A stretch of DNA of 63,760 bases, the filler included, from Octopus bimaculoides (taxonomy: Eukaryota), in assembly GCF_001194135.2 (NCBI RefSeq). It is 8 parts of 7 records of this genome, joined end to end, with 100 filler letters (N's around TTAATTAATTAA, not from the genome) between each part and the next. Parts side by side here need not be neighbours in the genome. Positions count along the whole stretch, not along the records: positions 1 to 19,834 come from NC_068985.1; 7 more parts are not named here. One strand, 5' to 3'. This document shows positions 1-13,519 of this stretch, in pieces. Made by a program: the position numbers and the translations under genes. Within the stretch, counting starts at the first letter, position 1, and every line of letters starts with the position of its first letter. The notes beneath the pieces are model-generated. The model did not search any database and was not told the origin of the DNA. It was given only the letters and a program-made list of their open reading frames with translations.

Positions 1-26
1 ATAAAATATAAATAATATATATATAA

Positions 27-671
27 ATGTTGTTTGTCTTGTTTTCCATTTGTGTCTTTCGTTGTTCGAAAAAGTAGTTCATATTCCATGTACTCGTAGT
101 TCGTATTTTTTGTTGTACACGTTTTATGCACTCTATACGTTTGTCTCTTTCTCTCTCTTATTCTTTTACCTCCGTTTTTCTCACTATTCTATCCTATTAC
201 TCTGTCACTCTCTCTCCCTCACTTATCCTTCCTTGCTCACGTGGCTCCCACGTGACCATCGTCCACCTTTCTTTCTTCTCCTAACTTGTGTTTCTTTCTC
301 TCCGTTGTAGCTGGAACAAGGAAGACGTGTTCTTGTCTGTCTCCTGTCCAAGCTTGGTTTACGCGTTCGCCACTACAACCTCGTTTAGGCTTAGCAGCGC
401 TTCTTGTTTGTTTTCACTATCCTGTTTGTGTTACCAATTTTGACCCTCCGCAAAATTCCAAATTTTATTTAATTTGCTTTGCGGGAGCAGCTGTTTTATC
501 GAAAGCGTATATTGTTGTTAAATGCTCAAAATACGAGAGTAGAAAAACAACCAACAACTGATGAAGGGTCATTCTTTATGTTGTTTGTCTTGTTTTCCAT
601 TTGTGTCTTTCGTTGTTCGAAAAAGTAGTTCATATTCCATGTACTCGTACTTCTTATTTTTTGTTGTACAC
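27..671 (+). repeat. Two ~95-bp direct copies (27-121 and 578-671) of an interspersed repeat; the second copy continues to ~820
   Basis: ATGTTGTTTGTCTTGTTTTCCATTTGTGTCTTTCGTTGTTCGAAAAAGTAGTTCATATTCCATGTACTCGTA occurs at 27 and 578, near-identical. Confidence 0.85.
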
Positions 672-1094
672 ATTTAATGACATCCTGTACACACATATGC
701 TTATATATATACGTATAGATATAAGTATGTACACATACGTATGTATATATGCATATACATATGTATATATCATTTATATTATTATATGATTGAACGCCAC
801 GCATCTTCTTCCAAGTAAGTTATATATATATATATATATATAATCCCATAGACCGGCCTTATCTATCTTTATACTATACTGTTCTATAACTTAGAGTGTG
901 CTTCTTTTTTGGATTTATGATTTACCGGCGATATATATATATAGTAAAATAGCAAAATTGACAATTAAAAATAACAAAACCAAAGTCGAAAAAAATTATT
1001 ATGTTGACGCTCAGTATAGGATGGGTAAAAAGAGAGGTGGCTCTTCGTCAGAAAGAAGAGAGAGGAAAAGTCCGGAGAAAGAAAAATGTCCAAG

Positions 1095-1294
1095 AAAAGC
1101 ACGTGACCGGAAATGGAGAGAGATACAGTGGTTTTATTTTTGAGGGAGGAGAGCGCGAAAATGGCCAGTGTGTGCGTGCGTGTGTGTTTGTGTGAGTGTG
1201 CGTGTGTGTGTGTGTGTGGTAATATCTGTGTGCAAGTGTTTTTGCGTTTATGTGAGTGATGTATGCGCAAAGGAGTTGTTTCGGACAGGTTAGT
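1095..1294 (+). promoter_or_regulatory. Candidate CpG-rich promoter/first exon with donor site
   Basis: CACGTG (1100-1105) abuts an ETS-like CCGGAAAT (1107-1114); GCGCGAAAATGGC (E2F/YY1-like) near 1153; CAG|GTTAGT donor at 1288/1289; locally CpG-rich. Confidence 0.4.
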
Positions 1295-3840
1295 AGCCGT
1301 AGTTCGATTTGTCGGTGAGAGGCGAAGTGACGAGCGTCTGAGTGCGCTGGTGTTGCTGTGTGTGTATGTATGTGTTTGTGTTTGTACATGTGAGAGTATG
1401 AGAGTGCACACACACACACGCACACATATACACATATTTAGGAGCATGTATATATATGTGTGTGCGTGTGTGTGTATGTGTATGAATGAATATATATGTG
1501 TGTGTGTATATATATATATGTATGTTTCTCTCTATCTAATTATCCTTCTATCTTTCTTCCTATTTATATTAGAGAGACATACATATACAATAGCACACCC
1601 GAAGAAAGGCTCCCGAACAGTAAATCTCAGGCGCATTGTTATATGATTTGCATACAACGACATACTGATATGCTTTTCCTAATTTACTTGACTGACAAAA
1701 ACGGAATAATAAAGATTTACTCAATATCAAAATAACGCACTGCAACAGGATATGAAGCAGCGATGCACTAGATAGTTGCTGCAGTTATCAATCGATACGT
1801 TCATTAATTGGTAACGTCAAAATATATCTCTCAAATTCCAGCTCTTATCTTTTTCTGTTTAACGTACACAAGAGTAATCGCTTGTTTAATCTTTATGTTA
1901 ATTCGATTAGATATCATCGCATAGTGTAAACTACTTTAGAAAGAAAACTATAGTTTTATTGTGTTTATAATTTGGCAATTAATTTCAAGCGTTTAAAAAA
2001 TATTTTAATATTTATTGACTAATAAATAACTAATATTTAATGGGGTCAGTGAAACAATATTATTGCATAGCCTTTCTAATGTGTGAATATAATGATTTTT
2101 TTTTTCACTTTATGTCGAGTATGATAGGTGTTATTTTTTTGTGTTGCTGCTATAAGAGGAAGTCGGTTGTTTTATTGGTGATACTGAGAAGTGCAAAATC
2201 GTGAAACTTCGTCATCATTCTCTTTCACTTAGCTTTTGACTACAGTCAGAGTAACAGGAAAAAATCTTGTGATTTGCTTAGAAAAACTGGAACTTGGGAT
2301 GTTCATGTGTTTTTGACAGTATCATGTCATCAGTTAAGTGAAAGTGCCCAACTGATTAATTAGATGTAGAATATAACATTAGCTCCACAAAATGAATTTT
2401 GTGTGTCGTTAATGACTTTCCTAATTGTATTAGTGACTTGAGTAAAGTAAAACTGAACTAAAATGAATCATATATTTCCAATTATAAGCTTCAGATTTAA
2501 AGCGTGTGGGAAATTTGAATGAGATTACGCGTCAGAGAGTGTGCAATTTCCTATACACGCATCATCTTAAGAATCTCATAGTTGAAAAAGATTCACGCTT
2601 GGTGATGAATACCTGTATGAGATGACTTTAAAGTGGAAGGAAATGGTCGCCACTTATGTCATAATCAGAACTAGGGTTGGAAACAAAACTTATCCGCTGA
2701 ACAATTTAATTATCTTGTATTTTACATGCTTTTTATATTTCTTATTAATATTCATTTAAATACTATTCTTTAATTCAAACAGTTTGCTGTTTAGAGAATT
2801 TATATTCTAATTTACCAACACCCACTCTACCTACGGTAAAATTTTAGAGTTTGTTGTTAATATTCTAGCATTTATAATCATATGCAACCTTTTTATCTTC
2901 TCCATCATTCTCAATGTTCTCCTTCAGTAGGGCGAAAATTTCTCGCATATCTGCACAACTGAAGGCAATCATCGAACCATTTGACTCATGTATTTTGTCA
3001 CAATAATTTAACAACTATACCATTGGTTTTTCTTTTTTTCTTTACTGTTGTTCATATTATATTATCAGTTAGAGATAAACATTTCATATTTTAATTCGTT
3101 TTTCCATCGTTCCTCTGCTCTTATTCGTTTTCGTTTTTCCTATATTCCTTACATCAGTCTTTACTGTAACCCTACTTTGTTTATTTCTTCCTATACTCTT
3201 TCGTTTTCTTGCTTTTTCCATAGTTGTTATTTTTTTCTAAGAAATAATGCAATTTACGCATCATTACATATTTCATAAAAAGTCAAGCATTTATCTCACA
3301 CGATCGCCAAATTTATTTGTTTGTTGATCTATGAATTGCTCTCTCTTGTGGTACAGAAGTTGAACATGTTTTATTGCACCTACTTATACGTATGCAGTAA
3401 TTTCATTTTTAACCCCACAGAAAACATACAAAAACGATGAAAGCTTTAACTAACTTGATGACTATTCTTATACATTGTTGATGAAAACCGACTTTTTTTC
3501 TGTTATGCCATTTAAAGCTAGCATAGGTTTAAGAAAATAACATAAAAATACTTGTTGGAAATGGCTTTATCATATTGTTAGATTGAGTTTGTTAATTAAT
3601 AGTGAAATAAATTGTGTTTCAATGTAACTTTATAGGTTTCATGAAAATGCTAATGTGAAGTTGAGAACTAAACATTTTCTCCACACCAAATGGCTTGATG
3701 CCTAGACAAAAGAAATCATAATTATCTTTCTATCACACAATTTTACATCACATTCTTTTATTTCCTGTGCAAATCCAACCCGTTAACTAATAATGTAGAT
3801 AATTTCCTGAACACCATAATGTATTTTTCCTGATAAATTT

Positions 3841-4038
3841 TGGCACAAGTCCAGCATTTTTAGGGGAGGCTGTAAGCTGAATGCATCAACACCCAGTACT
3901 AGGCGGATACTTTATTTTTACTGATCGTGACAAATTGAAAGACAAAAGTGACTGCGGCGGAATTTGATCTCAGAACATAAAAAGAATTACCTGTAAGTAT
4001 TTTGTCGGCGTGCTAACGATTCTCCCAGCTCGCCGCCT
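3841..4038 (-). mobile_element. tRNA-derived SINE (family A), degenerate
   Basis: Reverse complement resembles the copy at 8706 (GGCGGCGAGCTGGGAGAATCGTTAGCACGCCG...GAGATCAAATTCCGCCGCAGTC). Confidence 0.75.
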
Positions 4039-4554
4039 TCCTGAAAGACCCAATAATGACTGACTTTTTTGTTTTTGATTTGGTGCTCAGCCAATATGTA
4101 TAGGGTAGAGATTTAGCGNNNNNNNNNNNNNNNNNNNNNNNNNNNNNNNNNNNNNNNNNNNNNNNNNNNNNNNNNNNNNNNNNNNNNNNNNNNNNNNNNN
4201 NNNNNNNNNNNNNNNNNNNNNNNNNNNNNNNNNNNNNNNNNNNNNNNNNNNNNNNNNNNNNNNNNNNNNNNNNNNNNNNNNNNNNNNNNNNNNNNNNNNN
4301 NNNNNNNNNNNNNNNNNNNNNNNNNNNNNNNNNNNNNNNNNNNNNNNNNNNNNNNNNNNNNNNNNNNNNNNNNNNNNNNNNNNNNNNNNNNNNNNNNNNN
4401 NNNNNNNNNNNNNNNNNNNNNNNNNNNNNNNNNNNNNNNNNNNNNNNNNNNNNNNNNNNNNNNNNNNNNNNNNNNNNNNNNNNNNNNNNNNNNNNNNNNN
4501 NNNNNNNNNNNNNNNNNNNNNNNNNNNNNNNNNNNNNNNNNNNNNNNNNNNNNG

Positions 4555-5400
4555 GTTCTCAAAATCGGTCTGGCGTATTCCTTTTTATTCTTTCGTAAGT
4601 AATAAAATGGATTGTACAAAAAATTTAAAAAAATTTTTTCGTAAAAAGATGTTCCCCGCCTACATCCTTTCCAATGTTGTAGTTAAAAAAAAGGGAAAAA
4701 ACCCCGTCAAAACGGACTACTTCCAACTAATTTGGTCTTCTTGATCCGAAACTCCGTTTTTCGAAACTCCTCTCCCCACCTCCTCGAAAAAATTTTCTTC
4801 ACAAATTTCTTTATAATCGTAAATTATTCCGTTTGAAAGGTATTTATATAAAATTTCATTAAAAGATATCCATTTTCCTGAAAGTTATGAAGGAAAAATG
4901 TCGGATCATGTGAATTTTCCAAAACTCCTCTCCCTACCTCCTCGAAAGCGTTCTTTCCCATAAATCTCTATATACTCCGGATTCACATCATCTAAGGGGC
5001 ATTTGTTGAAAATTTCGCTAAAAAGTATCTCCTTTTCTGGAAGTTATGAGACAACAAAGTCGGCGGGGGTTAACATCTATAGTTTTGCCAGTTTTGTTTG
5101 TGTGCTTTCTTGCGTGCGTGTTTGTCGGTAATTTAATACAGCCAAACCGGCCTATAATGGGAAAATACTCTGAAATTACGGTACACCTAAAATGTGAATA
5201 CAAACGGAATAAAACAAGTTTCGCGTAAATCGGACCACAGATTCCCGAGATAGGGGATTTTTTAGGGTACCTACATAAATAACCAAAATGGTGCATAAAG
5301 TAACGTAACCCTGAAATGAAAAAAATGTTTCCATAAATTCTATGTTTACATAATATAACAATTCCTTTTGTATTTTTGTAGAAGTGTGCATATATGCCAT
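4555..5400. mobile_element. Probable non-autonomous DNA transposon fragment with internal direct repeats
   Basis: 26-bp direct repeat AAACTCCTCTCCCCACCTCCTCGAAA at 4764-4789 and 4922-4947 (1 mismatch); no credible ORF; the left end is lost in a gap. Confidence 0.45.
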
Positions 5401-5635
5401 AAATAAATGCTGTTACTGGAGTTCAAGTTTATCTCGGAAGTTCTATTTCTATTAGATGCTGTAAATAATCAATAAAACCTTAAACATGAACTTGTAAACC
5501 AGACTTATGAAGACACAAATGAATTGAAATATTTAACTGAATCATCATAAAATTAACTTTTATTTCAATGCAATGTTGAAATCAGCTTCAATGTTTTATA
5601 ACCTGAACCGTCAGTGACCCAACGGGTCATATATA

Positions 5636-6293
5636 CAGGGTGCGATGAGTAAATTTTCGCCATGCGCATGTTTGTTTTTTTATTTTGTCGACTACACAGT
5701 AGAGTAGGATCAGTTGGGCAACGTCTGTGAGAAAAACATCACCATGACGCTATATACTCTGCCCGAAATTAGGAAACGACATGTTGTTCTGCATGGCATT
5801 CATGCCGGAAGCTCCAGTACGAACATTTCAGTGTCTGGGTGTCAATCCGAGGACATCTAGCGACATCCAGTCAACATCATGGTCTTTGGAGTGATCACTA
5901 GTAGTACCGACGTTAGGCCTCCGTTCATCTTCCCACACGGCCTCAGAGTCAACACGGAGGCGTACATCAAGTGCCTGGAGGAGGTTATGCCACCCTGGGT
6001 CAAGAGGGTCTGGCAACAGGACTTTGTACCATGCCACACAAGCAGGAGAACCTAGTCCTGGCTGTTAGACAATTTCTGCGACCACATCACCCCTAACATC
6101 TGGCCACCTAACTCCCCAGACTGCAGCTCCCTTGATTATTATGCATGGGGCGCAGTTGAGCGAGAGACCAGCAAAACTCCTTGCAAAACCAAAGATGAAC
6201 TGAAGGCACGGATTAGGGCAGCGTTCACCAACTTAAACAAGGAGACCGTCCAGAAGAGGTGCAGGAGATTCCGAAGTCGATTTTATTGAATAG
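5636..6293 (+). mobile_element. Tc1/mariner maT (DD37D) transposase relic, internally deleted
   Basis: Starts TA|CAGGGTG. Translation ...WQQD-FVPCHTSRRT*SWLLDNFCDHITPNIWPPNSPDCSSL-D has exactly 37 residues between the 2nd and 3rd catalytic D, and one in-frame stop. Confidence 0.9.
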
Positions 6294-7528
6294 TCAGTGA
6301 ACAGATCGTGGTCTCAAAACGACAAAAATATTTTGACAAATTAAATTTAAATGTTGAAGTGAATCTAAGAGTTTTTGTGTGTTATTTTAAATGGCTTATA
6401 AAAACCTTCCACGCTGCAATTGTTTTCGTTCCAGCACACGATCTCAGATCAGGTCACTTGCTATGCAAGTACATCTCCACAATTTACTCTTTAGTATTTC
6501 CAGATATTTTTATGTAATTTTGGTATATATATCTGTTTAAATGTGATGTCAGTGTTGTTTTCATTTTTACGTAATTTAGACAAAAGTATATTTATCGCAC
6601 CGTGTATATACATACATACATACATACATACATACATACATACACACATGTATGTATTTATGAAAATGTTACCTTCAAGGTCATTTAATAATTCAGAATA
6701 GTTTAGATGTGCAAAATCTAGTATTGTGTTGCAGACATTTCCACAACGAAGTATCAAATAAGGCACTGAAACTAGGTAAGTGTATTTCACACACACGCGC
6801 GCGCGCGCACGCAGACACATATATAAGGAATGCTGACATTCGTTAATATTTAATACAATGCATCTTGATACTGTTATACAATTTGGATTTCAACTATACC
6901 GCAGAAATGATATATTTCCCCCGTTATTTTTTCTGTCGTAGAATCATTATAGCAACATCTATGCTCTGTATTACTTTCACTCAAATTGTGTAAAATATAA
7001 TCATATTTAATCAACAAATTAGCATGTTACGTACTATGTCTCTGAAACTGTTGTTTTAAGTTACAATTATTTTTGAGAGAAAAGCTCGTAGTAAGAATTT
7101 ACAGAAGGGTAACTCCATTAATAATTGCCATAGATACGACTGAGAATGTTATAATATACCAGACTCAAGACAGTCGGCAGGTGTAAGAATTCACACAAAC
7201 GTCTGCCTACAATATTCCAAAGACCACTACAAACTGGAATAATTCTTACAAATACAGGTAGGATTATTTGTCTGTAATATATACATACATACACACATAC
7301 ATGTATACAGACATACGCACATAGATATATACATAGATGCAAACATGGATACATAGAAACATACGTACATGCATAATGCATATATACATACGAACATACA
7401 CACATACATATATACACGCATACATACACACATTTATATATATATGTATGTATATATATATATATATATATATAATATACATACATACATTTATATATGT
7501 ACATATATTTTATATACATACATACATA

Positions 7529-7570
<42 letters not shown>

Positions 7571-7694
7571 TCATGTGTATATATATATATATATATATAT
7601 ACATACATATATATTATGTATATATGTATGTATATATGCATGTATGTATGTATGTATGTATGTATGTATGCATGTATGTATGTATGTATGTATG

Positions 7695-7737
<43 letters not shown>

Positions 7738-8705
7738 ATACTACAAAACAGAAAAATTAGAAAATTTTTGGTATCATTTATTCACCATTACACATGTTTC
7801 ATTTGCTAATATTAAGCAGATGTACTTCGAGAGGAAACAGCTGGGATTTATCTTACCTATCTACATAATAATCCAAACACACACTCATACACACAAACAT
7901 GCACACGCAAGTATGTATGTATGTATGTATGTATGTATGTATATATATATATATATATATATATGGACCCGCGCACACGTACACATACATACCTCTCTCT
8001 CTTGCACTCTCTCGTCTTAGAAAGAACTTTTTCTTCCCCCATTCCCTTCCGGTCATTCCACAATGTAACCTCGTGTATGTCGTTGGATTAAAAGGACTTT
8101 GAAAGTTCTTCAGTGTAAGATGACTAAATTACCTGCTAGAAACTGAATGTTTGCTTAGGGAAAAGAAATTGGAAATACAAAATATTTCCAAATTTCACAA
8201 TTACACACACACACACGCACGGACGCACGGACGTGCGCACACACACACACAGACACGCACGCACTTACACACAGGTGAAATTTATGCGTCCTTAAGATTT
8301 GGTCAAGTTGATGTCGATGAAAGGAACACAAATTTCATTGAAATTTTAGTACAAAAATATTACGGCAAACGACAACGAAAAGGTGTTTACACCAAGTAAG
8401 ATAGTTCAAAGTTTGTATGAGTTGTGATCAAGAATGACCTCAACTATCGCTGTGTGACATTTAGCAGCTAGTTGATCTGACTGTGCCCTCATCGTCACCA
8501 ATGCTAACCATTGTCTTGATTCTGCGGTCAAGCGTGCATCATGACTATCTGCTTTCGTCTCTGGTTAGTGCCAAGAGAAAGTTCTATTTATAATGCGTCT
8601 TTCCAAGAAAAAGAGGCGCAAAAAAAAAAGGTAAAAAGAAAGCAACTTACTGTTAAGATCCTACTGTACCAGTCTTAGCGAGATCATCAATATTTGAGAG
8701 AATCA

Positions 8706-9102
8706 AGGCAGCGAGCTGGCAGAAACGTTAGCACGCCGGGCAAAATGCTTAGTGGTATTTCGTCTGCAGTTACCTTCTGAGTTCAAATTCCGCCGAGGTC
8801 GACTTTGCCTTTCATCGTTTCTGGGTCGATAAATTAAGTACCAGTTAAGCACTGGGGTCGATGTAATCGACTTAATCCCTTTGTCTGTCCTTGTTTCTCT
8901 CCTCTATGTTTAGTCCCTTGTGGGCAATAAAGAAATGAGAAACTTTTGCAAGCCGGGCGAAATGCTTAGCGGTATTTTGTCTGTCTTTACGTTCTGAGTT
9001 CAAATTCTGCCGAGGTCGACTTTGCCTTTCATCCTTTCGGGGTCAATAAATTAAGTACCAGTTGCGTATTGCGGTCCATCTAATCGACTGGCCCCTGCCC
9101 CA
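8706..9102 (+). mobile_element. Two tandem tRNA-derived SINE copies (family A; 8706-8935 and 8936-9102)
   Basis: Both carry GAGTTCAAATTCYGCCGAGGTCGACTTTGCCTTTCATC with B-box-like GAGTTCAAATTCC and the shared AAGTACCAGTT body. Confidence 0.9.
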
Positions 9103-9549
9103 NNNNNNNNNNNNNNNNNNNNNNNNNNNNNNNNNNNNNNNNNNNNNNNNNNNNNNNNNNNNNNNNNNNNNNNNNNNNNNNNNNNNNNNNNNNNNNNNNN
9201 NNNNNNNNNNNNNNNNNNNNNNNNNNNNNNNNNNNNNNNNNNNNNNNNNNNNNNNNNNNNNNNNNNNNNNNNNNNNNNNNNNNNNNNNNNNNNNNNNNNN
9301 NNNNNNNNNNNNNNNNNNNNNNNNNNNNNNNNNNNNNNNNNNNNNNNNNNNNNNNNNNNNNNNNNNNNNNNNNNNNNNNNNNNNNNNNNNNNNNNNNNNN
9401 NNNNNNNNNNNNNNNNNNNNNNNNNNNNNNNNNNNNNNNNNNNNNNNNNNNNNNNNNNNNNNNNNNNNNNNNNNNNNNNNNNNNNNNNNNNNNNNNNNNN
9501 NNNNNNNNNNNNNNNNNNNNNNNNNNNNNNNNNNNNNNNNNNNNNNNNN

Positions 9550-9613
<64 letters not shown>

Positions 9614-9787
9614 TATATATAAGCATATGTGTATATCTTGTAAAAGCGCGTGGCTTGGTGATTAGGGTATTCAGTTCCTAATGATAAAGTCGTAAGCTGG
9701 TTACACGGCGGCGCGTTGAATCTTTGAACAAGACATATTATTTCACGATGCTCTAGTCCTCTCAATAAGCAAAATGAATAGTACATA

Positions 9788-10982
9788 CACAGACATGATA
9801 GAAGTAAATAGACACCCTATAAAAAATCGTTTCATTTTAACTTGAAAAGGTTTATATATTTTTTATTAATTGACATTTTTATGTTTCAGGTTCTATATGT
9901 GACTGTTTAAGAGGCCGTATTGTGGGTCAATCTGAAGGTGGACTTAGTCAACATAAAATCACAGAAAACGTTGGAATCCCACTTTCTACAGTTAAGAGAA
10001 TGATTGTGCAATTCACCAGAGAGGGGAAGGAGTCCACATCAGCTTGCCCAGTTCGACTGGGGCCCTCTGACAGGACGCTTCTCTTTGTTAAGAGAAGTGT
10101 GGAAAATAATCCTTGCTGCAAGGCCTCTGACATAGGAAAACATGTTGATGTCAGTCCCAGAACAGCTCTCAGGTATCTTCACAAACTTGGCTACTATGGC
10201 AGAGCAGTAAGATCAACCAGCCAATATAAAGCGGAGAAAAGACCGGGCCAGTGAGATGGTAGAGAAGTCACTAGCATTTTGGGGCACTGTCATATTCTCT
10301 GATGAGTTCAGTTTTGCTATATTTTCTGACAGTGGTCGAGTGTGGGTCTGGAGATTTTGTGATCAAGAAATTGATATGAAAATGTTGCAGCCAACAATGA
10401 AACAGTTTGGCTATTTTGTTATAGCCTGGGGAGCAATTTGAAACAATGGTCGATCAGAGCTGGTGGAGTTTGAGGGAGGGAAAGATAAACTCAGATAAAT
10501 ATGCGTCCATATTGCAGAAAAGACTCCTTCTAATCTTCTTCAGAGGTGAAATGATTAAAGAAGACTCTCTATTTATTGAAGATGGGGCTCCCTGTCATAC
10601 CATTAAAACGACTCAAGATTGGTTGGAAGAGAATGGCATTAGAAAGCTTCCAAGCCAAGCCAGTCACCAGATATGAACCCTATTGAACACCTCTGGGACA
10701 GAATGGACAGGACACTTCGTAGAAAGAACTTGAAAGCATTTTCAGATTTTGATTTTTTGAGATTACTGCATGAAACATGACATGAAATTTGTTGAGAAAA
10801 TATTCGTCATCTGATCAGTATCATGCCTAATAGGGTCCTTGCACTGAAAAATGCAAATGGCATGTCTACTAAATATTAGAGATTCGCATTATAATAATTA
10901 ACAAATAATTTGAATGTATAATTTCAAATTTAAATAAACTTAATGATTATAAGGGTGTCTATTTACTTCTGTCATATCTGTG
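9788..10982 (+). mobile_element. Full-length Tc1-like transposon with pseudogenised transposase (~9900-10878)
   Basis: 31-bp TIRs CACAGACATGATAGAAGTAAATAGACACCCT / rc CACAGATATGACAGAAGTAAATAGACACCCT (2 mismatches), flanked by TA on both sides; fragments show HTH, IFSDE, EDGAPCH and DMNPIEHLW motifs across frameshifts. Confidence 0.95.
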
Positions 10983-10984
10983 TA

Positions 10985-11158
10985 CATTTCAAAGGGCTAG
11001 GCTTAACACATCCTCTGTCACACTGAATCTCCCTAAGAACGTTAAGGGTATGTGTATCTGTGGAGTACCACTTGCATGTTAATTTCACAAGCCGGCTGTT
11101 CCGTTGAGCAGATCAACTGGACCTTCGCCATCGTAACCGAAGGAGTGTCATTTTGTGT
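10985..11158 (+). mobile_element. 3' half of SINE family B
   Basis: Aligns by eye to 55265-55435 (TTTCAAAGGG...GTTAAGGGTA...GGCTGTTCCGTTGA...ATCAACTGGA). Confidence 0.8.
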
Positions 11159-11168
11159 CTATCTATCG

Positions 11169-11209
<41 letters not shown>

Positions 11210-11239
11210 GCTAGCTAGATAGATAGATAGCTAACTTTG

Positions 11240-11365
11240 CTGTTTCAGTCTATCAAATTCACTTACATGGCATTAGACAGCCCAAGGTACCATGCAGTGG
11301 CACTGAATCCGAAAGCAGGTGACTGCAAAGTGAGCTTGTTAACCATACAGCCAGGCCTACGCCTA
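11240..11365 (-). mobile_element. Degenerate SINE head (family C)
   Basis: CCCAAGGTACCATGCAGTGGCACTGAATCC resembles the reverse-strand tRNA-like head at 42405-42490 and 50840-50920. Confidence 0.6.
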
Positions 11366-11808
11366 TATTAGTGCTTAAGTTATCGATCTCGAAAGAATAA
11401 AAAGCAAAGTTTTCACATGCAAGATTTTAACTGTTTAGAGAGTCGGAACAAATATTCCGAGGCATTTCATGTACCTGACGATATAATTACTCTGTTTTTA
11501 TTATACTTTTATTACTTAGATGTATATACCATTGAGGAATTGTTTTATAGTCAGATGCCCTTCCTATCGTCTATCCTAACCTGATTTTCAAATGTAGCCG
11601 CTTTTATTCCATACGTCTTCGAAGGTTGGAAGCTAGTGGGCAATTTCTTGATAGAGTTATATAATGTGTCTTGTCCCTCCAAGCAATCTTTTCATATAAG
11701 ACTAACCATATACGCTGAGCCAGAAAGATTGTTTGGCGATACTAGGCACGTTATACAACTCTGCCGAATCATCGTGTCTCCGTGCATTTAAATAAGAGCT
11801 GCTACTAG

Positions 11809-12128
<320 letters not shown>

Positions 12129-12640
12129 ACACACACACGCACACATTGTATATAAGTGTGTATGTGTGTGTGTGTATGGAGGTGCGTCACTTAGTGTACA
12201 CAGTTCCTAAACAAGAGCTGTGCGCCATATCATGGGGACACAATAATTCGGCAGGGTTATATAACGTGTTTTGTATCTCCAAGAAATCTTTTCATGTAGG
12301 ACTAACCATGGGCACTGAGCCTGAAAGAATGCTCAGTGGTTTGGGTGTTCAATTTTTCACTCAGTTCTTGAGCAAAACACTTCATTTAACGTTGCTCCAG
12401 TTCATTCTCACTTGGTCAAAGTGCTAAGCACCAGATTCGATAAAAAGGACCGGATGATTCAGTAGCGGACGTCGTAAGCGTATGGTCATACTGCGCATAT
12501 ATATATAAACCACGGTTTATATAGTTACCTTACCGTTGAATATTAACTGTAATGTTCAGAATTCTTTGTATAGGTAACTAGCCAGTACTTTCATAGGATT
12601 TTGCTATCCCTTGATGAAGTTTGTAACCTTTATTTGGACT

Positions 12641-12673
<33 letters not shown>

Positions 12674-13519
12674 NNNNNNNNNNNNNNNNNNNNNNNNNNN
12701 NNNNNNNNNNNNNNNNNNNNNNNNNNNNNNNNNNNNNNNNNNNNNNNNNNNNNNNNNNNNNNNNNNNNNNNNNNNNNNNNNNNNNNNNNNNNNNNNNNNN
12801 NNNNNNNNNNNNNNNNNNNNNNNNNNNNNNNNNNNNNNNNNNNNNNNNNNNNNNNNNNNNNNNNNNNNNNNNNNNNNNNNNNNNNNNNNNNNNNNNNNNN
12901 NNNNNNNNNNNNNNNNNNNNNNNNNNNNNNNNNNNNNNNNNNNNNNNNNNNNNNNNNNNNNNNNNNNNNNNNNNNNNNNNNNNNNNNNNNNNNNNNNNNN
13001 NNNNNNNNNNNNNNNNNNNNNNNNNNNNNNNNNNNNNNNNNNNNNNNNNNNNNNNNNNNNNNNNNNNNNNNNNNNNNNNNNNNNNNNNNNNNNNNNNNNN
13101 NNNNNNNNNNNNNNNNNNNNNNNNNNNNNNNNNNNNNNNNNNNNNNNNNNNNNNNNNNNNNNNNNNNNNNNNNNNNNNNNNNNNNNNNNNNNNNNNNNNN
13201 NNNNNNNNNNNNNNNNNNNNNNNNNNNNNNNNNNNNNNNNNNNNNNNNNNNNNNNNNNNNNNNNNNNNNNNNNNNNNNNNNNNNNNNNNNNNNNNNNNNN
13301 NNNNNNNNNNNNNNNNNNNNNNNNNNNNNNNNNNNNNNNNNNNNNNNNNNNNNNNNNNNNNNNNNNNNNNNNNNNNNNNNNNNNNNNNNNNNNNNNNNNN
13401 NNNNNNNNNNNNNNNNNNNNNATATATACACATATACAAAGTATGGAGTTTTAGTTCACTGTTGATCTAAACGATTAGCTACGCTAGGTAAGTGCTATAA
13501 TGAATTACTAGGGTTCCAA

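Noticed and set aside
558-622. CTGATGA ... CGAAA resembling a hammerhead core
   Set aside because: Helix II does not close next to the core and no helix III/NUH can be formed; at most a decayed relic.
7118-7280. Minus-strand hydrophobic frame IIPVCSGLWNIVGRRLCEFLHLPTVLSLVYY
   Set aside because: Weak splice context, short, no recognisable family.
8410-8570. 52-codon open minus frame (PETKADSHDARLTAESRQW...)
   Set aside because: No start codon or credible splice sites; within chance expectation.
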